This document shows, piece by piece, positions 31,311-41,483 of a DNA stretch of 64,000 nt (the first letter of the stretch is position 1; every line of letters starts with the position of its first letter). The translations under genes were made by a program, and so were the position numbers. The stretch spans positions 18,294 through 82,293 of the forward strand of contig URCF01000006.1 of NCBI GenBank assembly GCA_900546365.1, read 5' to 3'. Under the pieces are notes generated by a model, which was not told the DNA's origin, searched no databases, and was given only the letters and a program-made list of their open reading frames with translations. Source of the stretch: an uncultured Porphyromonadaceae bacterium (GTDB lineage Bacteria; Bacteroidota; Bacteroidia; Bacteroidales; Muribaculaceae).

Positions 31311-33067
31311 AATTTATATGTTGCTCCAAGGAGGCCGTTGATGCCCTGCGATGGAACACCGCCAATCAGCAGGTGGCGTCGGCAGAGCAGATTCTCCCCA
31401 CGCACAAACGCGCTCCATTGGTCGGTGATGCGGTAGAGCGCACCCACCTTGAGGTTGGAAATCGTGCCGAGGGAAAAGCTCTCGCTGGTATTGGGGCAAA
31501 TCTGCGCCCTCCCCTGCCGGTATTCCCACCCGACGGTGACATCGAGCTGCTTGAGGGGGCACACACGCAGATCTGCACTCACCAGATGTTTGGCACGGTC
31601 GCGCCACAGATAATACCCTCTTGAGGGTCCTTGCGGAGCGGTTTCATACGCCAGTTTCAGCTCCATTTTGGTGCCATAGCGGTAGCCCAAGGCACCGCGG
31701 AGCCGGTAGCCGCGCATTTTAGTGGGAGTGAAAATGGTGAGTCCGTCCTCCGGCACCACCGGCATCAGCCAGTCGTTGGCGGCGGCGTAGAGCCACGACA
31801 CCTCCACCGACACACCGCGCATCGGACCGAAAGTGACACCACCCTCCACTGTCACAGGCACATGGGAGTTCTTGAACGCCATGCTCGACAAGCTGTAGGG
31901 GGTAACATCAAACAGTGATGTGAGAGTGTTCTGCCATTCGCCGCCTCCGGCTTTGCCATAGACAGCGAGCAGCGACAAGGGGCGCCATGTGAGGTTGACA
32001 TCCGGGGCAATATGAATAGCTTTGCCGGAGTTGACAGTCACCTGAGCCTTCACCCCGGCGCGAAGATCCACCTGAGCCATGGAAAGTTTGTAGTACGGCG
32101 CAAGGGTCACCAGCCCGTGGGTGTGGCGGCCGGTCTGAGTCATATCATACCATCCCTGAGGGGAGTCGGGGGAGTAGGAGCGGAGAAATTCGGCATGTGT
32201 GTGGCGTGAATTGCTGAGCAGATTGGCCTCCACGGCGATTCCGGCACGCTGGGTATCGCCGATTTTTGACGACACACCGCCCTGGACGCTCACCTTTGTT
32301 TCATGCGCGGGACGCATACGCTCCATCTCCGCACTGCCATCGGGGAGAGTGTTGGGAATTTCAAGGTCGGGAGAAAAAGAGTAGCTGAAAAATCCCACGC
32401 CGGCACCCACGCCGTAGGAGAGGGTGGAGGAGCTGCCGGTGTACATGCCGCTGAAATTGAACCGGTGCATCTGCTGCCGGCCCGTAGAGTCGGCACTTGC
32501 CGGGGTGGAGTAGCGGCCGAAAGTGTAGTCCACGCCGAAGTCAAGGAAGCGGTCGGCGCTCAGGGCATGGTGGAGGCTGGCGGCAGCGGTGACGCTGTTG
32601 CTCCGCTGCCACTGCCCGTTGAGCTGCGAGTCGCGGTAGTGTCCCTTATAGGCAGTGCCGTTGTACTGCACCCACGCATTGAGACGTGTGCGGTCGTTGT
32701 TGATGAACTTGTATCCTGCCGACACCCCGAGATTATAGACCGGAGCAATCCCGAGCGCCACATATCCGTTATGCAAGGATGTGGCGATGGAGTCCCCCCA
32801 CGCCACAGGGGCGAGAGTGGTGATGGATGGCCTGACAGTGGCAAACACGCTTCTGTCGCTGTAGTCGAGCTGCGGGCGGGGGAGCTGTGGCATCACAAAC
32901 CTTGGAGCAAACCTGAGCATGGTCACATCTGTTTGCTCCGGCACTACCTCGTGCTCCACGGTAATCTCTTTGCGCAGGGTCTGCGCACTTGCGGCAGTTG
33001 CCACCATAGCGGTCAACAGCACCGCCGCTGTATGTCGGATATCAATCATTGTTGAGTCGGATATCAA
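31307..33067 (-). CDS. Outer membrane beta-barrel protein (TonB-dependent-receptor-like)
   Basis: Signal peptide, amphipathic beta-strands, GENLL...GINGLLGATYKF C-terminal Phe; overlaps the upstream TPR gene; exact start uncertain. Confidence 0.75.
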   Translation of the reverse strand: MISDSTMIDIRHTAAVLLTAMVATAASAQTLRKEITVEHEVVPEQTDVTMLRFAPRFVMPQLPRPQLDYSDRSVFATVRPSITTLAPVAWGDSIATSLHNGYVALGIAPVYNLGVSAGYKFINNDRTRLNAWVQYNGTAYKGHYRDSQLNGQWQRSNSVTAAASLHHALSADRFLDFGVDYTFGRYSTPASADSTGRQQMHRFNFSGMYTGSSSTLSYGVGAGVGFFSYSFSPDLEIPNTLPDGSAEMERMRPAHETKVSVQGGVSSKIGDTQRAGIAVEANLLSNSRHTHAEFLRSYSPDSPQGWYDMTQTGRHTHGLVTLAPYYKLSMAQVDLRAGVKAQVTVNSGKAIHIAPDVNLTWRPLSLLAVYGKAGGGEWQNTLTSLFDVTPYSLSSMAFKNSHVPVTVEGGVTFGPMRGVSVEVSWLYAAANDWLMPVVPEDGLTIFTPTKMRGYRLRGALGYRYGTKMELKLAYETAPQGPSRGYYLWRDRAKHLVSADLRVCPLKQLDVTVGWEYRQGRAQICPNTSESFSLGTISNLKVGALYRITDQWSAFVRGENLLCRRHLLIGGVPSQGINGLLGATYKF

Positions 33068-36038
33068 TCATTTCAAATATGTCGGCTTCCTGGCCGGGAT
33101 AATTGCTCTTGAGGGTGCGGAGATACTCGTCGGCCTCAAATTTCTGACCCTGCTGACGCAGGATGTCGCTCAGCAGTATGAACGCCCTTGCGAGCCAGTA
33201 CTGATTGTCGGGTTCGGCATCGATGAGCGTGTTGACCACGCTGCGGGCCTCGTTGAGCTTGCCGCGCTTCATCAGGCTCTCACCCAGATACACTGCACTC
33301 TTGGCACCGTATTCCGACTGGGGGGAGGCGGCAATAGAGCGCCACAGACGGTCGGCATCGGCATATTTACCGAGCCGGTCGAGTGCCAAAGCCCTGTTGA
33401 ACTCCACCTCATCCACCATCGCGCCGCCTGCACTGCTGGTGGCCAGAAGACGGTCGGTGACATCGGCCAGCTCGGCCCAACGGTCGAGAGCCACCGCCGT
33501 GCGCATCATTCCCAGCCGGGCCTCGAGCTGGGTGCGGGCGCCACCGGTGCGGCTTTCAAGCGCGGAGTATGTGTTGTAGGCAATTTCAGTTTTTCCAAGC
33601 GCGGCCTCGCTCTGCCCCTTGATCAGCATCGCATCCTCGGCCACCTCGCTGTCGGGGTAGGAGAGAGTGAGGCGCGAGGCATACTCCAGAGCCTCCGGCC
33701 ACCGCTTGTGCTCGGCTGCGTTTTCGGCCAGATAGTAGAGAGCCTGCGGCTCATAGACACCGCGGGGATATTCAGCGACAAACACCTTGAGACGGGACAC
33801 ATCGGCGTGGTCCATATAGCTGCTCTCGGCGGCCATGAATGCGGCGGCCTCGATGTCGGAAGCGTTGATCTGCGGAGCGTTGGGCACCGAGTTGACAAAC
33901 TCGGTCAGCTCCCCAAGCCGTCCGGCCTCGGCACACACCTTGAACAGGTCTTCAAGAGCCACCTTTGCTTCCTCGCTGGTGGGATAGGTGTAAATCACCT
34001 TTTTATATGTTTCGATAGCATTGTCGCGCTCACCGGCGCTCATCTGCGTGATGGCCAGCTGGAGATAGCCGTTGCGGCCGTAGCTTGTCTGGGGATATGC
34101 ACGGACAAGTTTCTTGTAGGCGGCGATGGCATTTGTATTCTCGTCCAACGCCCCGTATGCCTCGGCCTGCTCGAGCATAGCCGCGGGCACCAGCGCGGAG
34201 TTGGGGTAGCTCGCTATCACCTCATCAAGCATCGCGATCTTGCCACGGTGGTCGCGGCTGTACCCTTTCATCAGGGCCTGCTGATACATGGCATAATCGC
34301 CCGCCGAGGGGTCGGTGGCATAGGCCTTGGCGTAGTAGGTCTGCGCCTGAGTGAAGTGCGACTGCATGTATTCGCAGTCGCCGGCGCGGTTCATAGCGTC
34401 GGCTTTCAGGCGGGTGTCGGAGGCTGGAGCGATATCGAACGCTTTGCGAAACCAACCCAGGGCACCGTTGTAATCCTCAAGCATATATGCGGCATACCCG
34501 GCACCGTAGCAGGCGATGGCCATATTGGGGTCGTCATCGCCGCCGGAACGGATATACGATTGATAGCCGGAGAGGGATTTGCCATACTCCCCGAGGTCGT
34601 ATTGGCAAGCTGCGGCCCGCAGCCGGCATATCCTGGCAACAGAGCTGTCACCACCATGCAGGGTGGCACCTTCATCAAAGAGCGACAGGGCCCCGGCATA
34701 CTGTCCGGCACCATACGCACGCGTGCCGAGCATATACAATGCCTGCTGGCGTGCCACACGTGCCGCGCTGCTCGACTGTGCCGCATCGGTGGCTGTGAGG
34801 CGCACCACACTGTCGTAGTCCTGATTGGAGAGGTATCCCTCGAGCGCGAGGTCGCGCACGGTGGGAGTGTATTGCGAATGTGGGAAGCGGGTCAGAAACT
34901 CCTCCAGCATGGTGACGGTGCGCGAGAACGGCGACCTGCCGCCGCTCATCAGGGCCACTATATAGTTGTAGAAAGCTGTTTCGGTGACATTGCTCACACA
35001 ATCCATATTGTAGGCACGCTCAAACATCAGCAGGGCGGCATCGGTGTCGCCGCGCTTCACATAGCTTTGTCCAAGATAGAGGCAAGCACTCTGCCCAAGG
35101 GCATCCGGCTCGTTGACAGCCTTCTGGAGCAACGGCACGGCAGCATTGTAGCGTCCGGCCTCATATTCCGACACTCCGAGCATATAATAAGCGCTTGGCT
35201 GAGGGTCAGTGGCCTCGGCGGCATATTGCCACAAAAACGGGATGGCATCGTTGCGCTTGCCGAGATTGAACAGGCTCTCGCCGGCAATACGGTTGGCCTC
35301 GGCGCGGAACTGCCCCACCCGTCCAGATGCGAGCACCTGCTGCGCCAGCTTGGCAGCCTCGGCATATTCGCCACGCATAAAATATATCTGGCTCCGGTAG
35401 TAGCCGGTGGCGCTGCCCGGCTCGGTGGAGGTGTCCACATCTTTCCATGCCTCGAGAGCGGCAGAATAAGCCCCCTCACTATATTTTATATAGCCGATAT
35501 AGAACCGTGCAGCATTGGCATAGGAGCCTCCGCGCCGCACTATCGCCTCCATGCGCTGCACAGCGGCATCGTTTTCGCCGAGCATCATCATACAGTATGC
35601 GGTACGGTATTCAAGATCCTCGAGCAGATTGCCACTCAGCATCCGCTCGTCCACCTTGGCATAGGCGGTCAAAGCCGCGCCATAAGCGCCGCGGGTGAAA
35701 TGATAGTCGCCGATGGCGGCCTTTACCTCCGCCACCCTCGTGCTGCCGCCATACATCTCCACAAAAGTCTCGAGAAGCCCGAGCGCCTCATCGTCGCCAC
35801 TGTAGAGGGTGCTCATCGCCATATAGAACAAGGCATCCTCGCTCTGCGCCTCGGAGGGGTTGAGCCGCCGCAGCTGAAGCAGCTGGTCGAGGCAGCCGTC
35901 GAAGTTGCGGTCGTTGTACATCGCTATTCCACGCGCCATATATCCCGCAGCATCAGGCATATTGAGCTGCGCGGATGTTTGCACGGCACCGATGGCGGCT
36001 GTCGCTGCCACGGCCATTAGTATCGGTAGTTTCATCAT
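33042..36038 (-). CDS. Large periplasmic tetratricopeptide repeat protein
   Basis: Signal peptide and many TPR-like helical repeats (e.g. YKKLVRAYPQTS, QYWLARAFILLSD). Confidence 0.9.
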   Translation of the reverse strand: MMKLPILMAVAATAAIGAVQTSAQLNMPDAAGYMARGIAMYNDRNFDGCLDQLLQLRRLNPSEAQSEDALFYMAMSTLYSGDDEALGLLETFVEMYGGSTRVAEVKAAIGDYHFTRGAYGAALTAYAKVDERMLSGNLLEDLEYRTAYCMMMLGENDAAVQRMEAIVRRGGSYANAARFYIGYIKYSEGAYSAALEAWKDVDTSTEPGSATGYYRSQIYFMRGEYAEAAKLAQQVLASGRVGQFRAEANRIAGESLFNLGKRNDAIPFLWQYAAEATDPQPSAYYMLGVSEYEAGRYNAAVPLLQKAVNEPDALGQSACLYLGQSYVKRGDTDAALLMFERAYNMDCVSNVTETAFYNYIVALMSGGRSPFSRTVTMLEEFLTRFPHSQYTPTVRDLALEGYLSNQDYDSVVRLTATDAAQSSSAARVARQQALYMLGTRAYGAGQYAGALSLFDEGATLHGGDSSVARICRLRAAACQYDLGEYGKSLSGYQSYIRSGGDDDPNMAIACYGAGYAAYMLEDYNGALGWFRKAFDIAPASDTRLKADAMNRAGDCEYMQSHFTQAQTYYAKAYATDPSAGDYAMYQQALMKGYSRDHRGKIAMLDEVIASYPNSALVPAAMLEQAEAYGALDENTNAIAAYKKLVRAYPQTSYGRNGYLQLAITQMSAGERDNAIETYKKVIYTYPTSEEAKVALEDLFKVCAEAGRLGELTEFVNSVPNAPQINASDIEAAAFMAAESSYMDHADVSRLKVFVAEYPRGVYEPQALYYLAENAAEHKRWPEALEYASRLTLSYPDSEVAEDAMLIKGQSEAALGKTEIAYNTYSALESRTGGARTQLEARLGMMRTAVALDRWAELADVTDRLLATSSAGGAMVDEVEFNRALALDRLGKYADADRLWRSIAASPQSEYGAKSAVYLGESLMKRGKLNEARSVVNTLIDAEPDNQYWLARAFILLSDILRQQGQKFEADEYLRTLKSNYPGQEADIFEMIDIRLNND

Positions 36039-36112
36039 TGGTGCAAAGATAACTATTTTTAATCACGCTTGATGCTACTCTGTTGCAAATTTTCGCTACC
36101 TTTGCACTCGTA

Positions 36113-38140
36113 GTGAAAACATCTTCCTCCATATTATGGATGCGCTCGTTGATAGCCGGGGCTGCCGCTCTGGCCTTGGCAGCGTGCGCCAGCATGGGAC
36201 GCCCCCAGGGCGGCCCGCGTGACACCGAGCCACCGGTGTTTGTGAGCAGCAACCCGTTGCCGGGCGAGCTGAATGTGAAACGCAACCGTATCCGCGTGAC
36301 TTTCAACGAGAATGTCAATGTCAACGATGCGTCCAACAAAATTCTTGTGTCGCCTGTGCAGAGCGAGATGCCATCGTTCTCATCCGCCGGACGGCATATA
36401 GATGTGGAGCTCCGCGATACCCTCATCCCCAACACCACCTACACCATTGATTTCACCGATGCCATAGCCGACCTCAACGAGGGGAACCCGCTGGACGGAT
36501 TCGCGCTGGATTTCTCCACCGGTCCTGTGCTCGACTCGCTGCGCATTTCAGGAATGGTGTTCGAGGCCGAGACTCTCGAACCGGCGCAAGGGATGATTGT
36601 CGGTGCGTACTCCAACCTCAGCGACACCGCCATCACCACCCTCCCGATGGAGCGTATCACCAAAACCAACCAGCTGGGTCAGTTCACCTTGCGCAACCTC
36701 AAGCCCGGGAGCTACCACCTGTTTGCGCTTGATGACCGCAACCGCGACAACCATTGGGACCGTACTGAAGATGTGGCCTTCTACCCCGTGGCCATAACAC
36801 CCACCGCCGAGAATTTCACTGTGACCGACACTCTCAAGAACTCTCTTGGCGGCGACTCGATAGTGATGCGCACTCTCACCCGCTACTCCCCCAACGACAT
36901 ACTCCTCACATGGTTCAACGAGGATTACAAGGCACAATACCTGGTGAAAAGCGACCGCCGCGAGCGCAGCATCATATCGATAGAGATGGGTGCGCCGAGC
37001 GACACTTTCCCCGTTCTGCGCCTGCTCAACTCGCCCCGCGCCGGCAGCCTGCTGTCGCAAGTGGCGGTGCTCAACTCATCCCCCACCCGCGACACCATCG
37101 ACTATTGGCTCACCGACTCCACGGTGTTCAACCTCGACTCGCTCACCATCGAGGCCACATATCTGCGCACCGACACCCTTGACCAACTCTCCTGGACCAC
37201 CGACACCCTGCAGCTCAATCTGCGCGGCTCCAAAACACGCGCCGCAGAGCTGAAAAGTCAAAAAGAGGAGGCCGAGAAGCGCGAGAAACTTCTGGCCAAA
37301 GGCGACACCCTTCCCCCGCCGGCCACTCCCCTGCTGATACTCAAGGCTGTCACCGGCAATACCCACGACATTCCATCGCCGCTGCTCATCAACGCAGCCA
37401 AACCGGTGGCCTCCATCAATCCCGAGGCCGTGCATCTTCAAATCAAGGAAGACACCTTGTGGATTGACATCGAACCACCTACGCTCTATCTCCCCGACTC
37501 GTTGCGCCCCATGGAGATGCGCATCGACTACCAGTGGGAGCCGGGTGAACAGTATCGCCTGACCATCGACTCGCTCGGCATCACCGACCTGTATGGCGAC
37601 TCCAACGGCCCGTTCAACCATGATTTCACTGTGCGCAAGGTGGAGGATTACTCCAACATCATTTTCCATATCACCGGTCTCGATAGTCCGGGTGTGGTGC
37701 AGCTCCTCTCCAACGGCGACAAGCCGATCAAGCAGGCTCCGGTGGAGAACGGCACGGCGGTGTTCCGCTATGTGCTGCCGGGCAAATATTTCGCCCGGCT
37801 GTTTGCCGACCGCGACTCCTCCGGCACCTACACCAAGGGGTCGCTGACACACAACAGACTGCCCGAAGATGTGTATTATTTCCCAAAACGCATCACTCTC
37901 AAGAAAAACTGGGACCTCGAGCAGCAATGGGACATCAACGAGCAGCCGGTGGATCTCCAGAAACCCAACGAAATCAAGAAAAACAAGCCCAAGCCCAAGC
38001 CCGGCGAACTCCCGCCGCAGCAGGAATATTATGAAGAGGAAGAAAACGACTTCTTCAATCCCGGCTTCGGACAGAACTCCAACTCCCGCCTCAACTCCAA
38101 CAGCAACCTTGGTCGCAATGTGCGGCAACGCAACCTCTGA
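36113..38140 (+). CDS. Ig-like (Big_5) domain lipoprotein; start uncertain (GTG 36113 or ATG 36140)
   Basis: Lipobox LAAC-ASMGRPQGGPRDTEPP, LIPNTTYTIDFTDAIADLNEGN. Confidence 0.85.
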   Translation: MKTSSSILWMRSLIAGAAALALAACASMGRPQGGPRDTEPPVFVSSNPLPGELNVKRNRIRVTFNENVNVNDASNKILVSPVQSEMPSFSSAGRHIDVELRDTLIPNTTYTIDFTDAIADLNEGNPLDGFALDFSTGPVLDSLRISGMVFEAETLEPAQGMIVGAYSNLSDTAITTLPMERITKTNQLGQFTLRNLKPGSYHLFALDDRNRDNHWDRTEDVAFYPVAITPTAENFTVTDTLKNSLGGDSIVMRTLTRYSPNDILLTWFNEDYKAQYLVKSDRRERSIISIEMGAPSDTFPVLRLLNSPRAGSLLSQVAVLNSSPTRDTIDYWLTDSTVFNLDSLTIEATYLRTDTLDQLSWTTDTLQLNLRGSKTRAAELKSQKEEAEKREKLLAKGDTLPPPATPLLILKAVTGNTHDIPSPLLINAAKPVASINPEAVHLQIKEDTLWIDIEPPTLYLPDSLRPMEMRIDYQWEPGEQYRLTIDSLGITDLYGDSNGPFNHDFTVRKVEDYSNIIFHITGLDSPGVVQLLSNGDKPIKQAPVENGTAVFRYVLPGKYFARLFADRDSSGTYTKGSLTHNRLPEDVYYFPKRITLKKNWDLEQQWDINEQPVDLQKPNEIKKNKPKPKPGELPPQQEYYEEEENDFFNPGFGQNSNSRLNSNSNLGRNVRQRNL

Positions 38141-38144
38141 ACCC

Positions 38145-38813
38145 ATGGACAAGCCCAACCCTACACCCCTATCCCATAAGGCCATACTTCCGGAGCCCAC
38201 CCTCAGCAGGCTCCCGTGGTATCTGTCGTATGTGTCGCAGCTCCGCGCCAAAGGGGTGGAGTATGTGTCGTCCACGGCCATCTCCAAAGCCATAGGGGTG
38301 GATGCCTCGCAGATAGCCAAGGATCTGTCGCATATCTCCCTCCGCGGCAAAACGCGCATAGGGTATGATGTGGCCTCGCTTGAAGCCACACTGGTCAATT
38401 TTCTGGGATTCACACGCGTACACAAGGCTGTGATTGTAGGCGTCGGTTCGCTCGGCTCCGCTCTCATCGCCGACAGCGGACTGGCCCGCTTCGGGCTCAA
38501 CATCGAGGCGGGGTTTGACATCAACCCAAAGGTGGTGGGCACACGCATCTGCAATGTGCCTGTTCTCCATATATCGCAGCTTGATGAATGGCGCCGACGG
38601 CTCGGTGCCGAGATAGGAGTGGTGACAGTGCCCGCTGACAAGGCCCAGGACACAGCCGACACCCTTGTAAAAGCGGGAGTGAAAGCGATATGGAACTTCG
38701 CGCCATGCCGCCTGCATGTGCAGCCGGGGATAGTGGTGCAGGACACTTCCATCTACGCCCACCTCGCAGTGATGTACAACCGTCTTTCCCTTCTTCCGCA
38801 GTCCAACAAATGA
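38145..38813 (+). CDS. rex: Redox-sensing transcriptional repressor Rex
   Basis: PEPTLSRLPWYL, SQIAKDLS, GKTRIGY, IVGVGSLGSAL, KAIWNFAP. Confidence 0.94.
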   Translation: MDKPNPTPLSHKAILPEPTLSRLPWYLSYVSQLRAKGVEYVSSTAISKAIGVDASQIAKDLSHISLRGKTRIGYDVASLEATLVNFLGFTRVHKAVIVGVGSLGSALIADSGLARFGLNIEAGFDINPKVVGTRICNVPVLHISQLDEWRRRLGAEIGVVTVPADKAQDTADTLVKAGVKAIWNFAPCRLHVQPGIVVQDTSIYAHLAVMYNRLSLLPQSNK

Positions 38814-39379
38814 AGATAGTAGCATACTCCCGAATACCGGGCGAAACCATACCGCAGCCGCTTCCCGTTGACATAATCCCCGACTCGGCGATAGTGCCGT
38901 ACAACCGCCCTGTGTTCCTGCCTGATTTCACCCGGTCGTGGGCCGCCGACATCTGTCCTGCCTACCGTATTTCGCGCCTCGGCAAAGGGATTACCCCCAA
39001 GTTCGCGCCGCGCTACTATGATGCCATGACTCTTGCTCTGCGCCTCATCCCCACACAGATCCTGCAGCAGCTGCACAACAGGATGCAACCCACAGGAGTG
39101 GCCGGAGTTTTCGACAATTGCCTACCGCTCGGACAATGGATACCGCTCACAGACACTCCGCCCGACCTACATATACAGGCTCCGGGCATTGATCTGCAGA
39201 TCACGCACCGGCACTGCGACATCGACCATACACTCGCAGCAATCAGCGAGATTGCCACACTCAAAACCGGCGATATAATCCTCCCATGCCGGCTACCGTT
39301 GGCCACGGTTATGACTCCTGACACCGACTTCACCATCGAGCTCAACGACACTCCGGTGCTACCTATACGATTGCGCTGA
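38810..39379 (+). CDS. Fumarylacetoacetate hydrolase family protein (divergent)
   Basis: PDSA...PVFLPDF, RISRLGKGITPKFAPRYYDA, TLKTGDII; follows rex with ATGA overlap. Confidence 0.8.
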   Translation: MKIVAYSRIPGETIPQPLPVDIIPDSAIVPYNRPVFLPDFTRSWAADICPAYRISRLGKGITPKFAPRYYDAMTLALRLIPTQILQQLHNRMQPTGVAGVFDNCLPLGQWIPLTDTPPDLHIQAPGIDLQITHRHCDIDHTLAAISEIATLKTGDIILPCRLPLATVMTPDTDFTIELNDTPVLPIRLR

Positions 39380-40130
39380 CATCCTTGAACGCATACAGCT
39401 TGCTCCCGCCGCTGCTGTCGGTGAGCCTCAAATGGCCTGTGGGCATCACGGTGTCAATCCGCGCCATGATTCTCCGGCCTGTGGCAGGCTCAAGATAAGG
39501 GTAAAACCCCTCGCGCCGCCACAGATGCGCCAGATAGCGCCGGTGTAGCTCATCCCACAGCTCCGGATTGTCATACATATTCACGATTTCGAGCAGCTGC
39601 CCGGCAAGCAACGCCACACACTCCTCCACACTATATCTCTTGCCTGTGATCTGCGCCACCGACACCGGATTGGGCGCATCCGACACAAACTCCAGCTGAT
39701 TGATATTCACACCCACACCGGCAATAGTGTGGGCTATGCGGCCTCCCATCAGCGAATGTTCTATCAATATGCCGCAGATCTTGCGGTCGCCCACATATAT
39801 GTCGTTGGGCCATTTGACGCTCACATCCTCCGCGGCGACATCGCCGAGCAACCCGCGGAGAAACCCCACAATCCCCAGCGACACCATCTCTGAGAGCATG
39901 AACTGCTCAGCCGGGCGCACCGATTCAGGCCTGAACAGCATCGACATAGTGATATTCTCGCCGGGAGCCGCCTCCCAGCTGTTGCCTCGCTGTCCTCGAC
40001 CGGAGGTCTGCTTCTCAAGGGCTATCACCGCACCATGGGGCAACGCGCCCGCACGGGCTGAAAGAATGCTGTTGGACGAACCGCCCTCGGGCAGCCATTC
40101 GATGGATGGGGTGGAAATCATGTCGCTCAT
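39363..40130 (-). CDS. birA: Biotin--[acetyl-CoA-carboxylase] ligase
   Basis: QTSGRGQRGNSW, KWPNDIY, KICGILIE, GVGVNINQ. Confidence 0.95.
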   Translation of the reverse strand: MSDMISTPSIEWLPEGGSSNSILSARAGALPHGAVIALEKQTSGRGQRGNSWEAAPGENITMSMLFRPESVRPAEQFMLSEMVSLGIVGFLRGLLGDVAAEDVSVKWPNDIYVGDRKICGILIEHSLMGGRIAHTIAGVGVNINQLEFVSDAPNPVSVAQITGKRYSVEECVALLAGQLLEIVNMYDNPELWDELHRRYLAHLWRREGFYPYLEPATGRRIMARIDTVMPTGHLRLTDSSGGSKLYAFKDVSAIV

Positions 40131-40224
40131 GCCCGCAAAATTACACATTTTTCTCCACCCACAGCAAAAAAGCGATGCACAGCCCCAGCCATGCACCGCT
40201 TATTCAGTTTTTATTCAGTATGAT

Positions 40225-41457
40225 TCAATACACCATCTTCTTCACCTGCGAGCCTTGCTTGCGGATGTATAGATGGCCGGGCTGCGGATGGTCGATGCGT
40301 TGCCCCTGGAGGTTGTAATACACCGGCTGCTCGCAGGGAGTCTCGGTAGCGGCCACCTCATACACGCCTGTATATTCGCCCGGCTCAAACCCCTCGATGG
40401 TCTTGAAATGCCCCCACACCGGGTCGAGGCGATACAAATCCTCGCTTCCCGCCGGCACCTTCAGCACACAATCCTCATTGTCCGTGACAGTCGCGTAATC
40501 CATATAGCTACTGTCATATTGGATATTGCCGAATTCGTAAAATCCCGGAGGCGTAGTGTTGTAGCATATCACCTCCTTGAGGTTTGGACAACGGGCTATA
40601 ATATAGTTGGAGCTATACTCCAAGGGACCATCACCCATACCTCCTCCTTCGGCACCGGATTCATTATACCAGCAGTATCCACCGCGGCTATGTCCCAGTC
40701 GCTCTACCGGCGGGAAATAGACCCGTTCGAGGTTGGGGCAATCAGCGATATTTTCGAATGACACACTGAACACTCTGTTGGGAAAACGAATCTCTGTTCC
40801 TTTAAAGCCTGCGAGTCCCTTGATAAAGAAATGCAATCTTTCATCGCGCTGCTGCGGGCGATCATTGCTGAGGAACTCAATTGTCTCTATATTGGAGTTG
40901 GCGAAAGCCTGACTTCTCACTCTCCACATATTGCCTCCTAATATCACTTTCTTGAATGGAGCCCCATACAGAGCATAGTAGTTGAGTGTGTATAAGTCCG
41001 GCAGTTCCAAAACCTGAGTGTTTTCCACAACTGTGCCCTCAAAAACATAGCCTCCAAGTTCCTGTATGCTTTTGGGCAGGTCAAGCCTCAGGCTGCCGCA
41101 ATTATTGATGGCCGCAGCTCCAATATACTTGATGCTCTCGGGAAGCGTCAGCCATGTCAAACCGGTACAGTTGCAGAACGCGCAGTAATCTATCTCTCTC
41201 ACTGTATAAACCTTATCATTGTACCTCACCTCCTTTGGTATGGAAAGAGGCCCTCGGTACGACACCTGCTTGGTTTTGTACTTGCCTGTACTGCTGTGGT
41301 GTTCGTAAGTATATCTTGAGGTCACCTTCACATTTGCACCATCCTCTCCGTCAATATAACTGTAGTAGATGCCGTCAACCTTGAAATCATATCTCTCCTG
41401 CGCTCCGACACCTAAAGCCATTGCCGCTATCGCTAATAAAAACAATATCTTCTTCAT
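40225..41457 (-). CDS. BspA-like leucine-rich repeat protein with probable T9SS CTD
   Basis: FKVDGIYY, LSIPKEV..YTVREIDYCAFCNCTGLTWLTLPESIKYIG, LKVPAGS..Y..W..F..I, YYNLQGQRI..GHLYI. Confidence 0.88.
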   Translation of the reverse strand: MKKILFLLAIAAMALGVGAQERYDFKVDGIYYSYIDGEDGANVKVTSRYTYEHHSSTGKYKTKQVSYRGPLSIPKEVRYNDKVYTVREIDYCAFCNCTGLTWLTLPESIKYIGAAAINNCGSLRLDLPKSIQELGGYVFEGTVVENTQVLELPDLYTLNYYALYGAPFKKVILGGNMWRVRSQAFANSNIETIEFLSNDRPQQRDERLHFFIKGLAGFKGTEIRFPNRVFSVSFENIADCPNLERVYFPPVERLGHSRGGYCWYNESGAEGGGMGDGPLEYSSNYIIARCPNLKEVICYNTTPPGFYEFGNIQYDSSYMDYATVTDNEDCVLKVPAGSEDLYRLDPVWGHFKTIEGFEPGEYTGVYEVAATETPCEQPVYYNLQGQRIDHPQPGHLYIRKQGSQVKKMVY

Positions 41458-41483
41458 ATCAATTCGTTTATTATCTATTTAAT

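Noticed and set aside
32919..36020. 1033-aa plus-strand ORF and many other long antisense ORFs (e.g. 10955-12373, 19432-20652, 37076-38752, 60492-61919)
   Set aside because: They are shadows of well-supported genes on the opposite strand in GC-rich coding DNA and have no recognisable motifs.
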